Source: Promethearchaeia archaeon
GTDB lineage: Archaea > Asgardarchaeota > Lokiarchaeia > Sigyniarchaeales > SOKP01
Reading direction: 5' to 3'
Length of the DNA: 64,000 bases
Assembly (NCBI GenBank): GCA_046483985.1
Contig: JAWOCD010000057.1
Coordinates: 98,351 to 162,350 of the forward strand
Position 1 is the stretch's first letter. Every line of letters starts with the position of its first letter. A program made the translations under genes and the position numbers. The notes below the pieces were generated by a model. The model made no database searches. It had not been told where the DNA came from and saw nothing but the letters and a program-made list of their open reading frames with translations. Positions 19,807 to 30,600 of the stretch are shown one piece after another.

Positions 19807-21042
19807 ATGGGAAAAATTAATATGAAAAAACCTCAACTATTAGACCTATATAATCTCATTCTTATTCGTTATTCTGACGAGATCTGGTTAAAATCGATGA
19901 AGGTCAAAATGAGAATGATAAACCAATTGATGCAGAATATAAAAAACCAGTTAGAAGATGCCCAAATCAAATATCATAAGTACCAAGCCAGTAAGGACAA
20001 CTCCCGGATTTTCTTCTTTTTTAAAAATCAAGACATTCCCGAGGCAGTGAAAGTCTTAAATCAAGTATTTGGCATATATTCATTCAGTCCTGCGCTCCGA
20101 ACATCTGATAAAATAAAAAACATAATTGAGAGAAGTCTTGAAGTAGGTGAAAAAATTCTCGAAAAAGGAGACTCGTTTGCCTTAAAAGTAAAACGTTCAG
20201 GAGTCCATGATTATACGTCCCAAGATGTTGCCAGAATCGTGGGAAAAAAAGTATTGGATAATTTTCCTCATTTAGATTTGAAAGTGAATCTCTCGGAACC
20301 GGATAAAATAATCTATATCGAAGTACGAGATGATTTTAGCTACGTATTTACTGAAATCATAGAAAGTGATTGGAGCGGATTACCCATTATGGCAAGAAAA
20401 AAAATGTTGGTCATGGACATTGGAAGGATAAATGATCTCTTAGCGGCTCTCTTATTGGCTAAAAGAGGAGGAAAATTATTTTTCTTACACTTTTCTATTC
20501 ATTCTGATTCAACCAACCGAAATGTAAACCTTAAAAACCTCAAAATCTTAAGAGAATTCTTTCCATTTCCAGAGTTGCATATTTATCGTATAAACTTAAT
20601 TGAAATATTACAAACTACTTTTGAAAAAATTCAATATCCAAAATATACCTGTGCTCTTTGTAGAGTAATACGTTTTAATCTCATAGAAAAATTTAAAAGA
20701 AAAATGGGGAGAGAAGAGGTCGGAAATATCCGGGTTATAATAGACGGATTAAGTCTGAATAATGACACATACTGTGCTGATTTTGTTGATCTGCAAACAC
20801 TTGGCTTAAGTTCGGAATTTGTGGATCTCCCCATTTTTACTCCGCTAATCGGACTACATAAAGAAGATATTGGAGAACTTCTTTCAAAAATCCCCAAAAA
20901 GTTAAAACGATTTGAGTATTGTCAGTTGAAACCGAAAGATCAAGAGTTTAATACAGAAGAAGTACAAAAACTTTATAATAAATTAGATTTAGATAAATCT
21001 CTCACAAATCTATTAGAGGATATTGAAATAATCGTGCTATGA
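19807..21042 (+). CDS. thiI: THUMP-domain ThiI-like protein with degenerate PP-loop
   Basis: IRY.EIWLKS, VFGI.SFSPA, THUMP domain and GLP. The SGGxDS motif is replaced by DIGRIND; CALC is retained. Confidence 0.75.
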   Translation: MGKINMKKPQLLDLYNLILIRYSDEIWLKSMKVKMRMINQLMQNIKNQLEDAQIKYHKYQASKDNSRIFFFFKNQDIPEAVKVLNQVFGIYSFSPALRTSDKIKNIIERSLEVGEKILEKGDSFALKVKRSGVHDYTSQDVARIVGKKVLDNFPHLDLKVNLSEPDKIIYIEVRDDFSYVFTEIIESDWSGLPIMARKKMLVMDIGRINDLLAALLLAKRGGKLFFLHFSIHSDSTNRNVNLKNLKILREFFPFPELHIYRINLIEILQTTFEKIQYPKYTCALCRVIRFNLIEKFKRKMGREEVGNIRVIIDGLSLNNDTYCADFVDLQTLGLSSEFVDLPIFTPLIGLHKEDIGELLSKIPKKLKRFEYCQLKPKDQEFNTEEVQKLYNKLDLDKSLTNLLEDIEIIVL

Positions 21043-21153
21043 AATAAAAAAGAATAAATTTTCTCTTTTATGGTCTATAAGAATCAATTTTTTAAGGAGA
21101 TCCATATTTTAAATATAAGAAGTTATCGAAAAACTCATATATGTGTAAAAAAC

Positions 21154-21432
21154 ATGGCAGAAATAACATTAAATTTATTAAATATTTTTTCCCTCAAAAC
21201 CGGTGAAAAAAAACTTAAGTATAAGGGGAAAAGAGTAAAGGACATCGTAAAAAAGTTTGTAAAAGAATATGGAAATGAATTAGATGACAAATGGCTCGGG
21301 AGATGGAATAAACTCTCCAAGGATATACTAATTTTGCTAAACGGAAAAAATGTAGAAGAATTAAAAGGGTATAAGACAAAACTTAGTGAAGGCGATGAAC
21401 TCTACTTTTCGGTGCCGCTTTCTGGAGGATAA
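21154..21432 (+). CDS. MoaD/ThiS/SAMP ubiquitin-like protein
   Basis: ILLNGKNV...LSEGDE...PLSGG with C-terminal diglycine; likely start ATG 21154. Confidence 0.9.
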   Translation: MAEITLNLLNIFSLKTGEKKLKYKGKRVKDIVKKFVKEYGNELDDKWLGRWNKLSKDILILLNGKNVEELKGYKTKLSEGDELYFSVPLSGG

Positions 21433-22002
21433 AACTCCATTCATAGTCTTAAAACTTAACTTCCGATGTAGGTAAAAGTTTTCTTACATCAATTACCGAT
21501 CCTTAGCAAGATTTTAGGGCATATCCAACCGTATGTAACCGCAGATAATTGACTGTTGAATCTTAAATTAGTTTAGTTCCTCAAGCCCTCCTCAAGATTA
21601 TTTTCCTCCTTCTTTTTTTCTTCAACCGTGGGTATAACATCGATATCAAAGTAATCCCATTCTAAGTTGAGGAGATTCAAGATCCTTATCAATAGTCTAC
21701 CTACACAATATAAAAGAACTCTTCCACGGAGGGATTCGACATAATCAGGAGAAATTAGGAGGAAAGAAACAATTGGATAACAAACCTAAGATATACTATA
21801 GGTAAAATAAGTATTATGAACATTTATAAATCCTAAATGATTAGAAACTTATAGATCTTAAACTTTGGAAGTTAAGTGAAAAATACTAATCAAATCAATA
21901 ATTTAAAAAATGAAGATTGCTATTTTTTTATCAACAAAAATTATAATATGATCTTGAATATTAGTAGAATCAACTAACAATAAATAAAAGATTGGAAATA
22001 AA

Positions 22003-22938
22003 ATGCCAAAAAAGATCTCTTTTTTAGGTCTAGATGCCGCGGGTAAGACCTCAATTATTACAGCAATTCAACAAAGGTTTGGGTTCGAAGAAGATGTTTC
22101 CAAATTAAAACCCACCAGAAGAATCGCGCGGGATTCATTTAAGTTTTTAGGAATTGATTTTATACGTGGTGATTTTGGAGGGCAAAAAAAATATAGAACC
22201 GATTATTTAGAACATCCCGATAAGTACCTCGGTGGAACAGATTTAGTCTTTTATGTTATTGATATTCAAGATAATGAGCGTTATATTGAATCAATGAATT
22301 ATCTTGATAAAATCCTCCTATATTTAAAGGAACAGCAAATATATCCTCCTATTACCATAATGTTTCATAAATTAGATCCCGACATTGCAGATGATGCCGA
22401 ATTAAACCGAAGAATTTTGGTCTTAAAACAATCTTTAACGAAATATAGCCGGGATTTCGACCTATTATTTTTCGAAACCTCCATCTATGATATTAAGTCC
22501 ATAATGGATTGTTTTTCAACATCCTTATCGTTATTGTTCGATAATTTAGAAATGGTATCCAATTTACTAATGGAAATAGGAAAGAATTACGATACGCTTC
22601 TGATTGCCTTATTCGATTCGAAGGGGATCACTATTGGTGAATATTATCAACCCCATTTGCAGATAAAGGAGAAGGTTAAAATTTTCGATGTGTATCTCGA
22701 AGTTCAGAAAAGAATTATGGAACAAAATAAGAAGATATACGAGTTTGCGGACCAATTTGAGAACGGAGAACGGTTTTCTGGGGTAGTGGAAGTTTTAACC
22801 TACGATGGATTTGATTTTTATCTCTTGTTTATCATTGAGGAGAACCAGAAAAATTTAAAGGACACCATCAACCTATTAGATAAAATAGAAGCGGCACGTG
22901 AGCAAATTGAAAATTTAATCCTTCAAGTAATTCAATAG
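22003..22938 (+). CDS. Arf/Rag-like small GTPase fused to a C-terminal roadblock/longin-like domain
   Basis: GLDAAGKTS, PT, DFGGQ, HKLD and ETSI, followed by IALFDSKGITIG (roadblock-like strand-turn-strand). Confidence 0.85.
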   Translation: MPKKISFLGLDAAGKTSIITAIQQRFGFEEDVSKLKPTRRIARDSFKFLGIDFIRGDFGGQKKYRTDYLEHPDKYLGGTDLVFYVIDIQDNERYIESMNYLDKILLYLKEQQIYPPITIMFHKLDPDIADDAELNRRILVLKQSLTKYSRDFDLLFFETSIYDIKSIMDCFSTSLSLLFDNLEMVSNLLMEIGKNYDTLLIALFDSKGITIGEYYQPHLQIKEKVKIFDVYLEVQKRIMEQNKKIYEFADQFENGERFSGVVEVLTYDGFDFYLLFIIEENQKNLKDTINLLDKIEAAREQIENLILQVIQ

Positions 22939-22950
22939 CTAGGACCTCTT

Positions 22951-24033
22951 TTATATATCAAATTCTTGACCAAAACCCTCTAACTCGTCCATCGTGGGGG
23001 GCTTTTGTTTTGTAATTTTATAGATGGCGGAATAGGTGGCTAATTTCCCGCACTCTTTTAAGATCTTTTTGAGGGAATTTACCTTTTTTTCCTCCAACAA
23101 TTGATCAAGTTCAGCGTGATCCTCTACGAACTGGTAAAGTTTGGTTATAAATCCCGCAGCATAACAATCACCTGCCCCAGTCCTGTCCACCACAGCATCT
23201 ACCTCTATTCCTTCATAATGGATCTTAAAATCATCTGTTAAAATATAAGAACCCTCTTTTCCAGCGGTATATACTCGGATCTTGGCATACTTATTGAATA
23301 TGGCGTCCACCTCTTCTACAGAAATTTTCTTATCTAAGATAAAATAGGCATCTCTTAGATTAAGAAAAAAAATATGGTATCGTCTGTTGATAAGGCGATT
23401 TAATTTATCGATGCTTCTAATTTTCTGGGTTTCTATATTAAAAGCAGTAATTAATCCTTGATCTGCGGCTTTTTCAAAGATATTAATAAACTTTTTCGCA
23501 ATAGGAGTAGAAAAAATTATTTTCCCGTTAGTAAAAATATCGGCTTTTAAATCAACGCTTTGAAAGTTCATCTGATTCTTTAGATTAGGAGCGAGGTGAA
23601 TTTTAGTGGTAAAATCTGATTTGATTATGGTACTAACTGGGGTAATCTCATCAATCTTATAAATGTCGTCGGTATCGATCCCTAACTCTTCTAACTCAGG
23701 GTACATCCATTCCGAGCCTCTCCCCACAACTGAGACTAATTTTGTGGGAACACCTAAATTCGCTAAAAACTCACTCGAATTATTTCCATTTCCCCCGCGC
23801 TTGAAGTAGCTGTTACCGATTATCTTCTTTGGAGTGTCCTCAAATCCTTTCTTCACCAGACGGGTTAAGACCTTTTTACTAAAATCATCGGGATTATATC
23901 TAAAGAAGGTTCTTAACCGATCAACGATTTTACTTACCAGATTTTCGTAAAAATCCGATTCATAATATAGGTCTTGATGGAGTTCCCCGACCACAACTAC
24001 TCTATCCTTCAAAATCTTACCACTCTCTTCCAA
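22951..24033 (-). CDS. PfkB family carbohydrate kinase
   Basis: GGNGNN and DRTGAGDCYAAG. The ORF-track start at 24069 lies inside the tRNA, so TTG 24033 (or a later codon) is used. Confidence 0.88.
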   Translation of the reverse strand: MEESGKILKDRVVVVGELHQDLYYESDFYENLVSKIVDRLRTFFRYNPDDFSKKVLTRLVKKGFEDTPKKIIGNSYFKRGGNGNNSSEFLANLGVPTKLVSVVGRGSEWMYPELEELGIDTDDIYKIDEITPVSTIIKSDFTTKIHLAPNLKNQMNFQSVDLKADIFTNGKIIFSTPIAKKFINIFEKAADQGLITAFNIETQKIRSIDKLNRLINRRYHIFFLNLRDAYFILDKKISVEEVDAIFNKYAKIRVYTAGKEGSYILTDDFKIHYEGIEVDAVVDRTGAGDCYAAGFITKLYQFVEDHAELDQLLEEKKVNSLKKILKECGKLATYSAIYKITKQKPPTMDELEGFGQEFDI

Positions 24034-24044
24034 TCTTAAAAAAG

Positions 24045-24126
24045 CGGCGACGGAGGGATTTGAACCCACGAGCGCTTACGCGCACTGGCTCTCGAAGCCA
24101 GCGTCTTACCACTAGGCTACGTCGCC
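24045..24126 (-). tRNA. tRNA-Ser(CGA), no intron
   Basis: Acceptor GGCGACG/CGTCGCC with discriminator G, anticodon arm CTGGC-TTCGAGA-GCCAG, long variable arm GCGC-GTAA-GCGC, T loop TTCAAAT. Confidence 0.95.
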
Positions 24127-24284
24127 ATTAGATTACATTGCCAAATTTCGGCTAAAATGCCAAACTTTTTACTTCTAAAAAAAATAAATAAACCTTGGTT
24201 CAATATCTATTTAAATTAAGAATAAAAAATATAAATTTTTTACGAGTTTAAAATTACTAGAAATTGATTTAGAGGTAATTTAAA

Positions 24285-25340
24285 ATCAACTCACCCACCT
24301 ATAAACAACTGCCAAGTGCTTGTGGATTAAGTACTTTCTTGATGCTAATTAATCCAGAAAGATATCCGAAAATTAAAAGTTATTTAAATTCTTTATACGA
24401 AAAAATTAACTTCTTGGTTCCACGGTTCTCCTTGAAATTTGATTTATTAAAAGAATTTAAGTGGTCCATTGCTCTAAATTATATATTGTTGAAAGTACTT
24501 GACGGAAATCCCCTTTCGAAATTTTTAGAGAATAAAATGGGAGACACCTACGTAAACTATAAAATCGTCTCTACGAATAAGTTAAACAATGAAAATAATA
24601 ATATCGTAAGAAGTCTTCCCTCTTCCTTTTCGAACCTCTATTTTTCTTTTTTTGAAAGTTACAAGGTCAATCCCTATATAATGAGACAAAATCTACAATT
24701 TTTTCGAACCGATTTAGAACTCAAAGTCTTGTTTTATCTTTTTGGCGGGAAACCAGTTCAGTATAACAATGAACTAGTAGATATAACAGGAGGATTATAT
24801 TTTGAAAGAAAGGATTTTAAATTCAGAACGGATACAGCTGAGAAAAAGTTAGGATTAATAGAAAAGCATCTGAATAGAGACTCAGAGAGATTACATTTTC
24901 CTATTGCTGCAAATTTTGAAAATCACTGGGTTGCAATCAATTCAATTGAAGGAGATAGAATAAGTTTTAACGATCCGGCAGTGGGTAAAAAACGTTGGGG
25001 TAAAATTAGTAAACGAATCCCAGAATCGTACCGATTTTATTTCTTTAAATATAATCCAGAGTCAATAGAACTTTTCAAGCCAAAATATCAGACCTATATA
25101 AACTCAGAAGTGGAAGAAGAGTTAAGGAAGGTCAAAACATTTACTAAACGTTTAGTATCACCGGCAGATCAAGAATTAGAATTAGATCAAGATATTATAC
25201 CTGATAAGGTGATGAATGACGAAGGGGTAGAAAACGAAGAGGAAATAGAAGAACCAGAACTACCGAAAACAGGAGACGCATTTATGAAGGATTTAAAGAA
25301 ACGGGTTAAGGAATCCTTTACAGATTATTCTGATTTATGA
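24285..25340 (+). CDS. Papain-like (C39-type) cysteine peptidase-like protein, paralog 1
   Basis: The frame is open from 24279 and encodes YKQLPSACGLSTFLM upstream of the ORF-track start (24339), plus ENHWVAI and FNDP. It is homologous to the next gene. The start codon is uncertain. Confidence 0.65.
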   Translation: MNSPTYKQLPSACGLSTFLMLINPERYPKIKSYLNSLYEKINFLVPRFSLKFDLLKEFKWSIALNYILLKVLDGNPLSKFLENKMGDTYVNYKIVSTNKLNNENNNIVRSLPSSFSNLYFSFFESYKVNPYIMRQNLQFFRTDLELKVLFYLFGGKPVQYNNELVDITGGLYFERKDFKFRTDTAEKKLGLIEKHLNRDSERLHFPIAANFENHWVAINSIEGDRISFNDPAVGKKRWGKISKRIPESYRFYFFKYNPESIELFKPKYQTYINSEVEEELRKVKTFTKRLVSPADQELELDQDIIPDKVMNDEGVENEEEIEEPELPKTGDAFMKDLKKRVKESFTDYSDL

Positions 25341-25355
25341 AATCCTTAGCGGAGT

Positions 25356-26186
25356 ATGATGAAATTGAATTCACTTCCCTTATATTCTCAGTTGACTAAC
25401 TGCTGTGGGCTATCGACCTTTTTAATGCTGCTGAATCCCAGAGAGAATATCAAATACAAGAATTTTTTAGAAGACCTTTACGAAAAGATCCAGTTTTTAA
25501 TGCCCCAAGAGAAAAAAGAATTTCGCTGGTCAGTGGTTTTAGACTATTTACTGTTAAAAACCTTGGGAGATAATAGGCTCACTCTCTATCTGGAGGAAAA
25601 ACTAAACGAGACATTTATTAATTATCGGGCAATTATGAATTTTGAATTGAAAAAACTCATTAAGAGACCCTTTAGGAAGGTGAAAAGATCAAAAAAATTC
25701 TTTGAGGAAAATAAAGTCAATCCTTTTATCCTTCGTAAAAGTTTGTACAAAATGAGGACTGACATGGACTTAAAAATCCTGTTCTCGCTTTTCGGCGGGG
25801 ATTTTTATCCTCAGCAACAACAAAATTATGATGGAACGGGTTCTCTTTATTTTACGCCCCATGATTTCGAGGAAACAAAAAAATACAAAGAGAAATTAAG
25901 GATTATGGAAAGCCATCTCGAGACTTTAAATTCTGGTATCCCTTGCATCGCTCTGAATATGGGTTTTCATTGGGTTGCGATTACAGAGGTCAACTCCAAA
26001 AATACCCTTATTAAATATAATAACCCTCTAGGAGGGAAAGGGTTAACACGTAAAATTACAAAGTTTCTTTCGGAGGAGTATAGATTTTATCTTTTTTCCC
26101 ACAAACCAAATGATGCATTCATTTTGAAGGATAAAATAAAGGAATTCCTCTTTAGGGAATTACAAAACCGAGACAAGAAGGATTAA
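25356..26186 (+). CDS. Papain-like (C39-type) cysteine peptidase-like protein, paralog 2
   Basis: YSQLTNCCGLSTFLM, GFHWVAI and YNNP; shares LMLxNP, WS, RTDxxLKxLFxLFGG and HWVAI with the upstream gene. Confidence 0.7.
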   Translation: MMKLNSLPLYSQLTNCCGLSTFLMLLNPRENIKYKNFLEDLYEKIQFLMPQEKKEFRWSVVLDYLLLKTLGDNRLTLYLEEKLNETFINYRAIMNFELKKLIKRPFRKVKRSKKFFEENKVNPFILRKSLYKMRTDMDLKILFSLFGGDFYPQQQQNYDGTGSLYFTPHDFEETKKYKEKLRIMESHLETLNSGIPCIALNMGFHWVAITEVNSKNTLIKYNNPLGGKGLTRKITKFLSEEYRFYLFSHKPNDAFILKDKIKEFLFRELQNRDKKD

Positions 26187-26231
26187 TTTCTAAAGACCCT
26201 AAAAGGGCAAATATTTGATGAGAGAGAAAAA

Positions 26232-26537
26232 TTAAGAAGTAGGTTTATAGATCTTCATTGTTAAATCGGGATCTACTACTTTAATAAGGCCTTCACTTTC
26301 ATACTTTCTCAAGAGATCCTTAATAGTAGACACACGAATATCGAACTCCATGGCAACGTCGGTTGCGGTAACGACTTTATTTTTGGAAGTGACATATTCT
26401 TTAATTTCATCTTCTATTCCGGGAGGGACAAACGCATCGCGTTCAATAACCTCCACTCTTTTCGTTCTGCCGTATTTCCTTCTAAGACTCAAGGTATCCC
26501 GACGAACCAATACTTTATCTTCTTTACTTTCTGGCAT
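26232..26537 (-). CDS. rps25e: Ribosomal protein eS25
   Basis: Start MPESKED at 26537; wHTH KVVTATDVAMEFDIRVSTIKDLLRKYESEGLIKVV...KIY. Confidence 0.8.
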   Translation of the reverse strand: MPESKEDKVLVRRDTLSLRRKYGRTKRVEVIERDAFVPPGIEDEIKEYVTSKNKVVTATDVAMEFDIRVSTIKDLLRKYESEGLIKVVDPDLTMKIYKPTS

Positions 26538-26619
26538 AGTGATATAAATGGTTAATTGTTTATAAAATAATAAATTACTGCTACTTGAGATAATAAAAGA
26601 AAGAAATAAAATAAAATTT

Positions 26620-27246
26620 ATGAATGACGAATTTGAATTTAGGGTAAAAACGCAGAGACCGGAGGAAAAATACAAATCCGTAGTGGACTACTTTAAAGGA
26701 GAAACTCTTCATAATTATGCAACTTCAAAAAGTTTAATGCGAATCCAAGAGCGTATAACAAAAAGAGCACTGGAGTTGTTAGGTATTGAAAATGAAGCAT
26801 TAGTTTTGGATGCAGGGTGTGGAGCAGGGTTCTCCTCAGTCTATCTTAAGGAAAAGGGCTATAAGGTGGTCTCCCTTGACCTTATTAAAGAATTTCTTTA
26901 TTTTTATAATCTTAAGGAGATTAATCCTTTAGCAGGAGATATGTGCAAATTACCGTTTAAGCCAGAAAGTTTAGATGCAATTATATCGATTTCGGCGCTT
27001 CAATGGATATATAGAAATCTCAAAAGTGAAAAAGGATTAAGTAATTTAGTGAGCTTAATTAAAGCATTTTACAAGTCTCTTAAACCTGATGGTAAAGTCA
27101 TTTTCCAGTTTTATCCCAAGAGTTCCACTCTCATGGATCATATTAGTTCGATCATAAAAAATAACTCTGATTTTACAGGCAAATATATAATTGATAATCC
27201 TGATTCGCCCAAGAAACGAAAAATTTATCTCATTCTTAAAAAATGA
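26620..27246 (+). CDS. Bud23/WBSCR22-like SAM-dependent rRNA methyltransferase
   Basis: RPE, IQERITKRALELL, LDAGCGAG, ISISALQW, FQFYP and DNPDSPKKRKIYLIL parallel the Bud23 motifs. Confidence 0.8.
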   Translation: MNDEFEFRVKTQRPEEKYKSVVDYFKGETLHNYATSKSLMRIQERITKRALELLGIENEALVLDAGCGAGFSSVYLKEKGYKVVSLDLIKEFLYFYNLKEINPLAGDMCKLPFKPESLDAIISISALQWIYRNLKSEKGLSNLVSLIKAFYKSLKPDGKVIFQFYPKSSTLMDHISSIIKNNSDFTGKYIIDNPDSPKKRKIYLILKK

Positions 27247-27651
27247 GAACAAAAATTTAGCTGGATTTAGTAAGCCAGAACCATTGAAACAAAAATTTAC
27301 CTTAACCTTTAACGAAACAAAAGCATTAGGAATTGACCAGCTTTTGATTGAAATTAAAGCCACCAGAACTAACTTTACTACAGTAGAAAAGAACTTTCTT
27401 TGTTGATGACAATGAGCGTTCTATTCTCATTAATAATTAATCTTTAAGAGAACGAATACAATCTGACGGATATAATTGAAGGTTATTATGAATGGCGGTA
27501 GTTTACTGTTAAAGGATGAGAAATTCATTCTCAACTTCAATACGAGCAGTCAATTTCCGAAAAATTTTTTACGACATATTAACAACTAAAAGGCCCGAAA
27601 AAATTAAATTTTTGATCAAAACATTTACTAATTACAAAATATATATATCTA

Positions 27652-30600
27652 ATGTCGTATAAAATTAAATCAAAAATAGGTAAAATAATTATGAAAAGAA
27701 TAAAGAACACAAAATTTCAAATAGCATTCTTATGTTTTTTTCTGAGTTTATTGATGTCGGGTGCGGTTTTGATGGTTTCGGTTGATAGCTCATCCCCTTT
27801 ATCCGAACAAGAGAAGGAAACCGAAAATGTAGCTTCCGATGAAAAGAAAGACTCTGATTTTGCTAACTCACTTCAGAGTGCGAATAGCAGTCACCCAGAT
27901 CCATGGTGGGATAATAATTGGCAGTATAGAGTTCCGATAGATATAAATTCAACGAGTGAAGAAAATTTAACTGATTATCAAGTCCGAATTGACATTAATC
28001 TTACAGAATGGATTGATGCGGAATATTTAAATGAAACTGGAAGCGATATCCGCTTTACAGATGTGTCGGGTCAAGAAGAGCTGGATTTTTGGATAGAAAA
28101 TTCGAATCTGACGGATGGGAACAGCACAATATGGGTAAATATACCTTCCTTAACTGAGAATACAGAAATTTATATGTATATGGGAAATCCAGATGCGATT
28201 TCTAAGTCAAATGGAATAAATACATTTATCCTTTTTGAAAATTTTGAAAACTATGATGATCAAGATGGAGAAATACCTGAAAATTGGACAGATTACGGAG
28301 CCGGTGAGGTGGAACTTGATACAGAAGAAAACGCAGATGAAAATAGAGTGTTGAAAAAAACTAGTAATAACGATCCAAATGGGGGATACAGAATTTTTTC
28401 TGAAGAGATTTCTGATTTTGAAGTTACCTTGAAAACGAATAGAATTAATGATGATGGAGGAGGTATAAATCGATATGCTATAGAAGACGGTCAGTATGAT
28501 GGTTATGGTCCGCTTATAGATAATTTTTATGGATCCGCTGATTTTGCAATAGAGCAAAGAAACGAGGGTTCTCCTTCTGCCGACTATTTAGAAAGTGAAA
28601 CTATATCAGATCCGGAGCCAGAAGATGAAACGTGGTATATTTTGAAATATAGGAAATATGGTGATACTCTTGAGGCAGAAGTATATAATAAAACTGGGGA
28701 ACTTAATAAATCTCTTTCGGTTGAGGATGATGCTCATTCTGGACCGTTCGACAGATTTGTAATCCATGGAGGGTGGGAATATTGGACAGATGACATTATT
28801 ATAAGAAAATACACCCCAGATGAGCCAGAAGTATCTATAGGTGATCTACAATATTCAGAACTTCATATTACTTGTTTCGATATTGATGGTAGAAGAGTAG
28901 AAGGAGCAGAGGTACATATCACAAATTCCTCCCAGCCATCCCTCAATCGAAATGAAAGTACAGATGAAAATGGAGAAATCTTTTTCGTTAATATACCAAC
29001 GGGAATATATAATATAACGGTAAATTATACCTTGGAGGATAATTCAAACTCAAAAACCGAAACGGTCTATTATTTAGAAGGTTATGAGAAAAAAGAACAT
29101 GAACTGGAACTTTATGTAAACTTATGGACAATTGATTTCGAAGTCGACGATGCGGATGGAGAACCCTTCGATTTTGGATACGTAAATATAAGTGCCAATG
29201 GAAATAGCGAGGTCTTAACTAAGATGGACTTGGATTCGGATGGCACGGGACAGTTTATATGGAATGCTTCAAAAGAATTTTATAATTATTCGGTCTATTA
29301 CCATAACACCGATTATAGCCCAAAAGATACTTATTTATACAGCGGGACGGTTTACCGGAATGAGACCTCTAAGACATATGCTGTAAATCAAACTGCAAAA
29401 CATAGTAGTGGTAATACCTATTACGTTGAAGAGGATAATATATATCTTTATGATAAAGAAGAATATTCGGGGCCTGACGAAATTGTTGAAATAAGACTTG
29501 ACTGCTGGGAGATGACCGATAATCTTTCAGAAATTAAAATAAGATATTCGGATACGGATTATATAACCGAATATGAGGATGAAACGTCGGTAAACATAAC
29601 TTATAGAGCATTTGAAGATGGTGAATCACTTTATCAAATTCAGGGATTAAGGGTAGATTTTGAGAATACGACCCAAAGTAATGGAACTATTCAGTTAGAT
29701 CTCACCAAAACCTATTACGAAAAAATCACGGTGAATATGTCAAAATTGAGCTTGAGAGTTCTTGATAGTGAGGAGGAAGAAGGTGTTGCGGGTATTACAA
29801 TGCAAATTGAAAATAATGCGACAAGTGATCAGGTAGTAGAGCTTGAGACAGATAGTGATGGAGACGCCTACGGAGAATTTACAAGTGACTTTAGTTTTTG
29901 GTATTTAAATGGTACTACATATAATTTTACCTTGGAGTTTCGAGAAGATATCCAAATATTTGATGTGATTCAATCAGATCAATCCTCTCCTCAAGAAACG
30001 GAGTGGTATAATTATACATTAACGAAAAACGATGAAATTGTCTTTTCCTTAACTGAGATTAATTATTCAAAACGGCTTGCAAAATTTACAAATACTCAGA
30101 TGCCAGAATCCGAAGTTACTTGGGGAGACAATATGACCTTTTCTGTGTTCTATAATGTCAGTAAAGATGGAGGAGATACATGGGAAAACGATTCAGGTTG
30201 CTCTGCTATATTTAAGCTTTATAGAGGCTCAAAAAATCTATTAGAGACGTATATGAATGATAAAAATACAGGTAATTTCACTATTGAGATTAATACAAGC
30301 GACTTTTCGGCAGGCGGAACAGGTAAAAATTACTGGATAATGATTGAGGGTCAAAAAGACCTTTGGAGCGATCCGGAGCCGGTAGATTTTGCATTTAAAA
30401 TTGATCCAATAGACATGGAGATAGGATTATATGACTATAACTCATTCGAACCCACCGATTCATATTCCCAACATTACGATGAATTGGTTAATATTACCTT
30501 GAGTTATAATCAAACCGAAGATGATGAATTGCTACCTCCAGAGACTTTGGAGTACTCTTGGACCCCCTCCGGTGAGGAAATTAACGGGGCTCTCGGTGAT

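Noticed and set aside
21440-21800. Possible small ORF or gene remnant between moaD and the GTPase
   Set aside because: There is a short open frame on the minus strand but no recognisable motif or clear start.
24034-24069. pfkB N-terminal extension MGSNPSVAAF
   Set aside because: It is the translated T arm and acceptor stem of tRNA-Ser.
27403-27466. Possible C/D box sRNA (TTGATGA...CTGA)
   Set aside because: There are no convincing internal D'/C' boxes or recognisable rRNA-complementary guide, and such motifs arise by chance in AT-rich DNA.
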